A stretch of 52,856 nt of DNA, filler included, from Catajapyx aquilonaris (taxonomy: Eukaryota): the NCBI GenBank assembly GCA_000934665.2. It is 2 parts of 2 records of this genome, joined end to end, with 100 filler letters (N's around TTAATTAATTAA, not from the genome) between each part and the next. Parts side by side here need not be neighbours in the genome. Positions count along the whole stretch, not along the records: positions 1 to 26,393 come from KZ539308.1; 1 more part is not named here. One strand, given 5' to 3'. The translations under genes were made by a program, and so were the position numbers. Shown in pieces: positions 12,729 to 24,200 of this stretch (its first letter is position 1; every line of letters starts with the position of its first letter). A model generated the notes under the pieces. That model saw nothing but the letters and a program-made list of their open reading frames with translations. It did not search any database and was not told the DNA's origin.

Positions 12729-13731
12729 CTATTCAGGTTTTCCCTTTATCACAGGCTCCTTCACATAGCCGTCATATGCCACAGAGAGGTCCTCCAGCAT
12801 GCTCTGCATAACCTGGAAAGGTACAACATCAGGAAGTGTAGTAGGTAATAATGTTAACAGCTTGCAGAGAAGATTATGTGGTTAACTTGTTAATCACTTT
12901 CTGGAGCATGTCACTGTTTTAAGTGACCCATCAGCATATATTTATTTGTTTAATAATTAATAACTATTAAGTCAATATATTTCTCGGGTGCCTTTTGGTC
13001 ACCTGTCTCCATCAGAGTGCATCATTTTCACTAGCGACTAACACCTAAATATATGTGTGTGTGGATATCCAGTAAGTAACTTTACCTCGCTGGGATCATC
13101 CAGTGCCTGGAGGCTGCAAGCATACAGCATCGCAATTTCCATCGTCTTCTCCATTGACGCTGACTTGCTTATTGGCTTATCTCCGGCCTTGTACTGCTCC
13201 TTCTCAACCTTCTTCTTGGCACCTGCCTCCACTTCCACTTCTTCATTAAATAAAGATGAGGCACCAGCGCCCAGACCTATCTGCTTGGCCTGCTTTTCGG
13301 GAGGGTTCAGGATCTGCATCAGGTACCGGGTGTCTTCCAGCACATCCTTCTGCTGGACAAGTCCCTGCTTCCTGTACCGGGATGCCCTTCTGCATTTCTC
13401 CTGATCCTGGTCCGGTGCCAGGACTGGTTCCTTTCCATTCGCCCAGTACCCGACATACTCCGTCATGAGAGGTTCATACGCATTCTCCTTCACCCGGTTT
13501 GTCCTCACTTTGGGACGGACTGAGGCCTTCCTCTGCCGCTAAAAGGGAATGTGACAATATAATATGGCTCTCTTAGGCTGCAAAATGCGCCCTAATTACC
13601 TCCCATTCAACCCATGCGGCGTCCTTTTCCTGGTGTTCTGTTGGGGTCACAGATTTGGTCAGGAGAGCCGCTGATGCCTCTTCATTCTTCACGCTACCAG
13701 ACCACCAGCTCATCCCTTCTCCTCCGGCCAT
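12729..13731 (-). CDS. Putative orphan protein, about 222 aa, 3 exons (13731-13600, 13538-13086, 12812-12729)
   Basis: Two GT-AG phase-0 introns join MAGGEGMSWWSG...AAWVEWE|RQRKASVRPKVRTNRVKE...LDDPSE|VMQSMLEDL...KGKPE* without stops; no family recognised. Confidence 0.55.
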
Positions 13732-14322
13732 TTTGTTCACCTATGATGCCTGTGATGTTGCCAGATGAGATAACAGGACGCGGAGTGGGCAATGGCAGGG
13801 TTGCCAAATGTCTTGTTTCCCAAAATGGCCGAAGGAGGGCGCTTTTGGAGGCGCCAATAAAATTCAAAGTGTGCGAACAGGGTGGTGGGATGTGGACCTC
13901 TCTGTCATGGTAATTTTTCCCCATCTTTGGCCTTGTGTGAAGGTACAAAACAATATACGGTACTATGGTTGAACGAAATTTTAGTGCGAAGAGTTTTCTC
14001 TCATGCTGTCCATAATTCGTTCTGTTATTTGCAAGTATGGCGGCTCATGAGGTATTGTGGAGAGCCACGTGGTGAGCCCTGCTGGTCGCATCTCTTGCCC
14101 CTTCTCTGCCCTGCCCCCGGGGCGGGGGATCGGAGGAAGTGGGGCCCCCATCGGCCCCCATTCTTGCCCCACCAGCCAGGCTCATCTTCACAAGGACAGG
14201 TACGGGGAAGTATCTAAAAAATATCGTCGCCTGACCACACTTTTTTCTTTCTTGAAAGTTGACAGCTCTTGATGGTGGTGGATTCCTTTACAGTATGTGT
14301 TCCTATGTTTCAATCCTAATAT

Positions 14323-14920
14323 ATAGATGGAAGGGTTGACTGGGTGTGCAACCAACAGGGGTTGCGGTGGTCTAAGTCGATGTCCAAGGGCAGCATCTTT
14401 GAAAACTGCAGTATTGGTGCTACCAATGTTCTATATTTTATGCTAAACTTCTCAAGAGGGCACTTGGACTATGGCTTCCTGGATTCTGAATTGGGCGAAG
14501 GACAGGCTGTATAGCTTCTCCAGTTGCTAAAAATTTCCAATTCCCATCGTTGGAGGATATGACTGTATGAGGAAGAAGGGAGAATTTATTGGAGGTCCTG
14601 GACATGTAGAAGTTGTCGAAATCGACAAAGCGAAAATTGCTAATGTTTGCTCTCTTTACTTTTTCAGATGCTTTAATTTTTTTCCTACAATCCCATGTGT
14701 CTTTCTTCTTCAGGAAAGTGGAAGTATCACAAGGGCATGCAGGAGTGTTGATGGGAATTGCTATGGATAGTGATGGCCATTGAAGAGGATTGGAGAAGTC
14801 CAACATTCTGGGTACGTAGGAGGAAGGTTCTGCATTTTTATATTCCCTGACAACAGGAGAGAGGGGCCAACTCTAATAAATTATTGGCATCATTTAAAAA
14901 ACACTGTTGAGCCAGGAACA
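14323..14920 (+). mobile_element. Decayed Merlin (IS1595/IS1016-like) transposase relic
   Basis: Fragments IDGRVDWVC, SKGSIFEN, IGGPGHVEVVEIDKAKIG|KWKYHKG, RSVDGN and PTL...LKNTVEPGT match the Merlin order (IGGPG.iVEIDESKFGKRKY.RG...lPGT); frameshifts and stops present; termini not identified. Confidence 0.75.
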
Positions 14921-17900
14921 TGGGACATATCCTAATGCTGTTTCACAAATTCGGAGGTTTAATCCAACAAGCCAGTTATTTGTTAATTTGTCAGAGAAGT
15001 GCTAAAAGGTAATTTGAACGAGTTAATTAAATGCAACCTTTTTTACATATATTATTTATAACACATTTAAATAATAACCGTGTTTTGAATTGTATTTATT
15101 GCGATTGGTCCGTTCGAATCTGTTCGAATTTTAACGGCCGAAAGGAGTTGGAAATAAAGTTGTTTATTTTTTGGACACCCACCCTGCTTGTGACGTCACA
15201 ATATTGCTAGTCTCTGATTGGCCGGCTGGTAGACATCCAACCGCATCCAACCAATTACCGCACCGAATTAGCTCTGAATATATTAACTTAATTTAATTTG
15301 CCAACATTTCATAATATTATTTAATTCATTTAATTATTAATTTCAGTAGATCTGTGTGTTCCACATAGCTTGGATATAGTGCCAACCCTGGAAATTCGAA
15401 CCGAACATAACATAACTGGCCCCTTATTTCTAACCCTCTGATACATCCGGGTTTATTCCCCCCCCCCCCCCCCCCNTTCACCCCGTCCGTCCCCCAGTTC
15501 ATTTTCTGGGCATCGTGCATGGTGGGCAGGTGAGAATCCTCTTCAATCCTTCTGTTACTTGCCTCAGATCCATTGTTAGTACATGGGCAATGGATGCTCC
15601 TAATCATGCAGCACTATTTATATACCATGTGCAATAGGAATAGGCCAGTACAGTACAGGACGGGTGTGTAGGGAAGTGTTCTAGAACGTCTTAGATACTA
15701 GAGGAAGGGAAAGGAGAAAAGGAATTACGGTACCTAATAATAATCAGCTTACATGTTTATAGTGCCATTTAGCCATTTAGCCACATATAACGAGTAATAG
15801 AACAATGTTTTTATATTTCCTTTTGATGGAGAAGCAATTTCTGCNNNNNNNNNNNNNNCCCCCCATTTTTCTCGCCCAATTTATGACCTCCTATGGAAGA
15901 AGTTACATAACAAGAATTCAAAACATGTAGCATAGTAATTAACCACTTTGGTAGCACTTCCTATCCTTATTTAACAACCTGTAGTGAGGTGAAGGTCAGT
16001 GGTGATTAGATTGTCAAGTGCTGCACAGCCATGCAGTGCTGAAATATGGGGTGAGGAGTGACAACTCGTATATTCCGTTAAGAGCAGTTTCGTTTCGAAA
16101 GTTTTTACACGTTTATTTTAAAATGGGGAAAGTTTGAAGGTTACAATTAGTAATTGAAGATGTCCTTTTCCTCTTGTGAATGTTTGTTCTAATCATACCG
16201 ATGCATTTAAATAGTTAGTGTGGGCAAGAGTGTGGGTGTCAGAAATTGGGTACTGAAATCTGTCATATTTAGAAATAGTGTTTATTTACATTCGAATTGT
16301 TACATTTACAATCGTATTGTAATAGTTTTACGATTATGAAAAGGATCTAAAAGGAACATTCGATGAATAGCCTTTTCAGTCGTTTACGCTGATAGGATCC
16401 AATATATTAATGACACCCTCTGTCATAAGTAAGATGTTAGGCTGTCAGGATTTGGTATTTCATGCGTTTTCGAGACATACTGACATTTTTTTGGACTTTT
16501 ATTTCTAACTTAACTTTTTGCCGATGCCCGGATAATCCGCAACATGGATAATAGGGAGTGCAATGTATACATACTCTTCAAAGCATAAAATCATCAGTGA
16601 TAGAGTGCGCCAGACTCAGACAAAATCCAGAACCGCCATCATACCGGAAAAACTGGTTTTAACAATTAAAATTAAAAAATTCAAAAAGAAAAAAAGGGTG
16701 TCATAAAATGGGCAAAAACAGGTGTCACAAATTGGGTTGAGGGTGTCACAAAAGGGTCGAAATGCAGCATGATAGCAAAATTCACTTTGTGTGGTAATCA
16801 GTATACATTAAGGAAAGTAAAATACACATACAGGTAGAGCACGGACTATCCAGATATGTCTGTAACATTCTTTTTTTTCTATGGGTGTTACGTGCAGAAC
16901 CCAAAATCCGTATTTTTTTCCTTAAGATGGTATTCTATCGCATTCTGTGTCTAAGAAGAGACAAGAGTGATAGGACATGATAGGAGTAGAAAAGACCATT
17001 TATTGCTTCTTATCACTGCTGATAATTACAAACTTGTCAGTGCCAAATAACTGCTGAAAAATTACAAAACACAATAATAACCATCTGACAATGACTTTCT
17101 TGATCACACAAGTGAGAATGCATCCAAAATCAAATGAAGGGCTTGGCAAAATGGCTGTAAGTTCCAAAAACAAAAAAAATTGAGTTATGTGTGCAAAAGT
17201 GATGTACTCGTATATGTCATGCTTAATAAGGTCAGAATGGATGCAGGTATGTATTTATTAAAATATAGTTATTAATTATTATCAATGGGGAATATAATTG
17301 CTGAATATTATTCAATACTCCAATGTGGGGGGTAGGAGGGGAAGAATGATCTTGGGAGGAGGACGAGGAGCCACATCTTGAGAGGGGACCAAAAGCACCA
17401 GGGTATAGGTACTATCGGGTTCAAATACTTTTGGCCAGTTCAACCTGGTCTTGAAGCAACCCTTCACACACACACATACTTGTAAAACCCAATAGTACAG
17501 CATACTCATGGCACTTACATCTTTTTAGATTCAGCTGGTGGGCACTTTCAGCTTTCTTACCCTTGGCACTTACATCATTTTAGATTGGCGATCTGTACAT
17601 ATTTTTTGCAGGTGATCTTTTGCAGTTATGCAGATGCGTTGCTTGTTAACATATGACATTTATGTGGTCTGTAATTGGTAGACTTTTCGGATGTGTGATG
17701 TTAACAGTACCTTCCTCAAACACATTTGGTTGATTTCCCATCTTCTTCTTGGCACTTACAGCCATTTTGACTTAAGGCCTTCAAATGTTTATTAGCATTT
17801 TGGTTTACTTTATAATTATTAAAGCACACGTTACGTATGAAATAGGTCATTTGAGGAATACCAAGTTTAGGGCAATTAGCATTTTAAGGTCACTTTTTTC

Positions 17901-18094
17901 TTAGCTAATTTGAGGATATGAGGGCTCAAAAATAGGCCCACACCATGGTTTCAGGGCAAATTGCATGATTAAAATTAGGCTTGAGGTTTCTAATTACTAG
18001 TTAACTGATGACCTACTCTTTTAATTTTCATGTTTGGCACACTCTGTCAAAATCGTCCGTCAATAATTTGCATACCTCACTTTACCGTCCTCAG

Positions 18095-19814
18095 CCAGGG
18101 GAAAAACTTCCTACGCTGAAGCCATTGTTGGCAGAGATGATGGAAGATGGCTTTTGCACTATCAGTGCAGGAGATGTAACGTTCAATGTAGCAGATGTCC
18201 TGAATAATGATATTTCTGATGTGAGCACCAGGCCAAGAGGGGGAGCTAGGTTGGCTATTGACCAGCATGTTACCAACAGACCCGGACGTTTGGCTGACAA
18301 TACTGGTCAAAATGACCAGGCAGTGGAATCGTTCAAGTGCCCCTACTGCAAAGTCACGTGCATAACTTCCTCCGACTTGGATGACCACAAGACTAGCACA
18401 GTACACCTTGTGAACTGCATGCTGTTTTGGTACCGGACTCGCCGCCAGCAATTGATGTTAGATAAGCATGGCGTTAAGATACGTTCTGGTCACCTAGAGT
18501 CAATTGAATCAGGTGTCGTGGACCTTGTGTGCTCAGCAGGCACCACTCAAGACAATGAGATGATGCTGAATGTCTTCAATACTGGGCGCAAGCCAATCAC
18601 CGTGGACCGTGCAGAATGGGTAGTGAAGCCACCAGGCATGTTCCTTGCATTGTCTGACAAACATGACATGATCCGATGCAAATCTAAGGTCAAGATCATG
18701 CCTGACAACCAGTATGCGATCAAAGTAACATACAGGGCAGTTAACAGAGTGACACAGATAGCAGTGCTGGGCTTTCAGATGAAGGCAGACGACACAGCCC
18801 TACCTTTTCATATAGTGAGGGAGATGGTGTTCCATGTGTCTGGGAATTTGGATGACATTACATTTCTCCAACCCTCACGCCCATATAAGCCACCACCCAG
18901 GGTTGCGCTTGAGCATCCCTCACGAGACATCGTCCCAGCACCTAAACCAATAAGGTTAGCACCAATTCCAGTGTTTTTATTATGTTGTGCTTGTCTCACC
19001 TGGAAAATGGGAAATCTCTTCACCATTTATTTGAACCCTTTCAAGGACTTCTCTATGATCTCATTCACTCCATTTATAGAAGAGTAGAAAGCTAGGGTGG
19101 AATTTTCATCCAACTGATAGTTACTGCTAACTTGGCAATAGGGCCTACCAGTGTTGGCCATGGTGCTCCTAACTGTCCTAAGTTAGTGTCAGTAACTAGA
19201 GCAGTAGGACGAAACTCCCCCCCCCCCNTATATTTTTCTGAACATATACGGAGTACATGGCTCTGTGATTATCTGGAAAGTGCAACATTTGGACTGATAA
19301 ATTAGAGAGGCATGCTGATCTCAGTGAGATAGCTTAATTTTGATTTCTCCTGGGGAATAGAGATTAATTTTGCCTTTCAAGTAAATTACATTTCAAGGAG
19401 TTTAATCCGACCTCAGTGTGTTGACAGCCGGTGTGACCAAAAATTTTCACAGAAGTAAAGGATATGCCGGTATTTGACAGAAATGGTTCATGGATGGGAA
19501 TGGCTGTCAGTGACACTAAATGCAAATTTTGTATAAGCACCGAAGCAGGTTGGCATAGTGGATAAGGCGTCCGACTGCTAATCGGGAGGTCCTGGGTTCG
19601 AATCCCGGGGCCGGCAACTCTGACCGTGGTTTTCTGTGGTTTCCCACGGTCCTTCCAGGAAAATTCCGGAGTTGCTTCCGTAATTTACAGGCCACAGCCG
19701 CTTCCTTCCGTCCCTATCCCATCCCAAAAAGTGCAGTAAAATGAAAGCAAAGAGTTCCAGGCAAAAGAAAACTTCCCCCCTAAAGAGCCGAAAAAGGCTG
19801 ATAACGGGGTATGA

Positions 19815-19874
<60 letters not shown>

Positions 19875-21218
19875 TTTGTATAAGCAACTCTCTAACACTA
19901 GTTTTTATTCTGTCTGTACTCTGTACATCATTTTCATGGAGTAAGAAATGTATCAAGTTCAATGTGTAAATCATCATTCACTGATAGAATATATTGTACG
20001 AATTGATTGCAGGGTTTTGAATAAGGGATATCAAACTCTGAAATTTCAGGGGGTGACCCAGGAGCTGAATATTTTGTCTTTCTAAATCTTGGTAGATTTA
20101 ACTCTCCAATCAAAAATAGGGCACTACATGAGACATCATTATCGTCAATTTTTACATGCCATTTTCATTTGGGTATTGTACCGTATATCTTGTCTGGTCG
20201 TTCTGGGCAGTGGGAGCTCCACTCCTTTCTTCCCACCAGCCAATCTATCAATATCATGCACACTTGCATACATGATTGAATGTTGGGAAGCCATAGGTGA
20301 GGCTTCCATTGTAATCAGGGAGCACGTTCCTTTTGCAGAAAATAAATAAGTTCTTTTATTTTCCAGTTCAGGATGTGCGGCACTGTATGAACTGGCGTTG
20401 AGTTTCTACAACACTCCTCCCCAGCTGGTAAAGATAATCAACCATGGCATGAATCCCTTTAAGGGCATGACATCTGAGGTTCAGCAGTACTTGGCTCCTA
20501 TTCAGTAAGTAATGTGAAGATAAGTTAGATGGCTGCAGGGGTGCTTGATAAAGCAATTTTTCTCCCAGGAGTGCCTTTTCTGAGGGCCTGAAGCCAGACA
20601 ACTACCAGTTGTACTTCTCAACACTGCTATATATTGAGGAGCAGCAGATGATGGTCGACATTCGCCAGTTTGATATGTGGGAGGTTGAAATTAAAAGGCA
20701 GAGAGGACATTACATATTGGAGGTACTGTGGAGTTTAAATAAAGTTAAACATCAAGGAATTACAAGGGCAGTATGCCCCTAGCTGTGCATTTGGGAAATG
20801 TATACAGGTTAACAATCACTTATTCAAAACTGAAAATTGATAAGCTCAGAATACCAAAAATAATAATTATTTTTGGTATTCTGAGCTTATCAATTTTCAG
20901 TTATGAAATGCCACCATGAAATTATTTCATGGTGGCATTTCATTCCAGGCAACATGATATTGATGTACCTCTTCTCTGTGATCCTCAATCTAAGAGTAAT
21001 GCGCCAAGTCTGCATTGTAGATGTATGTGTACAGGCATTGAAAGTTAGGAGGTTGACCTATTCTTGGAATATATGAGGCTATATGGCATACTGTAACACC
21101 ATTCTGAAATCCAAGAAATTCTAAATTCTGAAAGGTGCCTGGTTTTGAGGGTTTTGGATAATAGATTGTGAACTTGTATGATGCAATTGGCTGCCTCAGA
21201 AGCCAATGTTGTTGTTGC

Positions 21219-21259
<41 letters not shown>

Positions 21260-24200
21260 TGCATTACCCCATTGGGATTTACCACATCCTTTAGTGGGGG
21301 GGNGGGGGGTGGATTACCACCATCGGAAATTGGAGCCATATAAGAAGATCTTAATTAATTACTCCAGGGTAGGTAGGAGGGGATGTGCAAAGTGCATGTG
21401 CGCTAGTGGTCATTTTGTGAACTCCCCCGGGTAAGATTAGTTTTTAGGAAATTTCCACCCGAAATGAAGCCAGAGATAGAAGCCAATGTTTTTAAGACAG
21501 TATAATTATGCTAATTGCATGCAAATGGAAGGAGCAATGCTGCATTTTGAGATGACACCTGCACAGCTGTCATGGGGGCACAATGTGACTGGCTTAAGTT
21601 GGTAAGCACTTGAGAAATATCCTTGGCTACCAAGCAGTATGGGTGATCTCAGTGCCCACTAATCCTGTGACATGTGAGCAGAACATTAGCTGCTCAAGTG
21701 TATTTCCCAACCAGAACTCAGAGATTGAGCAGTTCTGCTCGAGCTAGCCTTTAATCACATTGTAAATGAAAATTGTGTTAATATAATTTATTTCAATAGG
21801 TCTTGGGCTTAGCTGAGAACCGACCTTCAGTTCTCCGTGGAGACTGCATCTATGTTCGTGAGCGCAATAAGACCCAGGTTGGTGCAAAGGAGTATGAGGG
21901 CCGTGTGATTGAAACCAGGGAAGTGGAGCTAGTGGTCGATTTCCATCAAAAGTAAGTAGTTACAGGCCATTGAAAAATTATAAAGTTTGTTTTTGGTACC
22001 AAAAGTTACTCATGAAGTAATATTTGATTTGTTTGGTTTTGCTTACTTCACATTCAGCCAGAATTGTAGGATACTGTCCACCAGCATGTGTGTGAGACCA
22101 CAACTGATTTATTTTAAACCTCAGTGCTTGAAAATTTGAAGACATTGTTGTTGTAGTGTAGCTGCTGTAGCTTACAACTAGGGGAGGAGAGCTTTCCCCA
22201 GGGAAGTTGTGACAGGTTCATACTTATAGCAGTCATCCTATTTTACATTGCAACTTATCTTATTCTGGAAAACACAACCTTCACTTTTTTAACATTAAAA
22301 ATGAATTTTTCTTCTTGTTGCATGCTGCATACTTCTTGTTACATGCTGCCTCCCCAACCATTTGTTACATTTCTGCTTACTGGGAAAAGGCTAGAAAGTT
22401 GATATTCTGTAAGCATTTTTTCTTAGTTCATACTGTATACTTGGGGAAAAAGAACTTTTTTCATTCTTAGCACACTTTGAAAATTAACTGTGCAGTATGA
22501 GAAGCTTTACGTATGTTATATGAAATGCATTCTTAACTTTTACAGTTTCTCACAGATCTACATGGACAAGATGAAGTTCAATGTGCGGTTTTCGTTCAAC
22601 CGATACCCCCTACGGATTATGCATCATGCTCTCGAGATATCAGCTGATCTTGGCCTGACCCGGGTACTATTTCCGGCAGCCATTGATGCAGGACGCCTTC
22701 CCATTGCATTATGGGGACCTTCCCATTTGATTCTTTTCAACCGTTTGTTGGAACACAATACGGCGCAGATGCAGGCCATCCGTAGCATAGTGTCTAGAAC
22801 TTCTCGTCCAGCTCCATACCTGGTGTTTGGGCCTCCAGGAACTGGGAAGACTGTCACGCTTGTGGAAGCCATAAAGCAAGTATGGAAGAGGTCCCCTGGT
22901 GCGCACATTCTGGCGTGTACACCATCCAATGCAACAGCTGATTTGCTAGCAGCATTGGTCTTGGAAATGGGCGGCATGGTGGTCTAACGGTTACGCCGTT
23001 GGCCAGCCAAGCGGGAGGCCGGGGTTCAAATCCCGTCCCCGTCACCTCTGCTTGGCCGGGTCTTTTTCCGCTTTTCACCCGACATGCCGGGGCAGAATTG
23101 CACTCCCTATCTGCCCGGGGCCAGTAGAAAAGGCCTGGTGTATTTTCATAAGTCAGAAATGACTAAAAATTTCAGCGCCCTCCCTAGGGAACCACCCCCT
23201 TCCCCCCTAAGAGAGCCCCTGGCTCTATCACGGGGTTAAAAAAAAAAAAAAAAAAAAAGCATTGGTCTTGGAACATGTGCCAAAGAGTCAAATTCTCCGC
23301 ATGCATGCACCATCTCGTCCGTGGATCCAGGTACTCAACATGAAATGTACTTCCATAGGTTGATTCATGCATGGCCCAGGCAACAAGTACCATTTTCCAT
23401 GATTTAAGTTATGTTTATCGCAAATTTTAATCAACAACACTTCATGAAGGGGAGGAATAGCAACCTGTGGTAATGCTAGGGAAATCTAATGTGTGTCATT
23501 ATGTGGTGTCTGTGAATGCAGTAGTCATTAGCCACTTGTATCACATCCATTGAAAAAAGCCATCCACCGTAGTATCATTTAAGTATGCATCCATTTATTG
23601 GCTGTTTATTGCTTGCTTGACCTACGTACGTGCGCCTGCTTGTTCCAGATTTTAAGTCTTAATACGTTACGGAATGGTCATGAATAGAAATAGCACACAA
23701 CTACTGGTGCCTGTGAATAATTACCCTTACATTGCATTTGGCAATATGTGAATTGGTCCAATGAAAACTTTCACAATCTGCTAGTTTTTGAGGGGAATGT
23801 CTTGCTATTAATCAGCACAATTTACCTGCAAATAACGTTACAGGTTCCAGAGAAGGTGAGGGCTGCCAGCAACAGGAAAGGACACGATTATTACTTCCCC
23901 GATAAGGAAACTATGATGAAATATCGTGTGGTGGTCACCACCTTGATGACAGCTGGGCGCATTGCCGGGATGAACTTCCCTCGTGACCACTTCACTCATG
24001 TGTTCGTGGATGAGGGTGGCCAGGCTCTTGAGCCAGAATTGTTGGTGGCTGTTGCTGGCATACTCAATGTCGCTCACGGTGGCCAGTTGGTCATTGCTGG
24101 TGACCCTCGTCAGCTTGGACCCATTCTGAGGTCACCGATCGTGGTGAACCGCGGCCTTGATAAGTCATATCTAGAGCGTCTGATGACTACCTCAGAGCTG

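Noticed and set aside
19578..19944. Poly-Asn and poly-Leu ORFs (also poly-Cys ORF 21168-21434)
   Set aside because: Translations of (ATT)n and (TGT)n retroposon tails.
22967..23259. SINE acting as a new intron that rescues MOV10
   Set aside because: The obvious acceptor AG follows poly(A) with no pyrimidine tract, and the first GT donor with that AG leaves 26 extra nt, a frameshift; RNA data would be needed to revive the idea.
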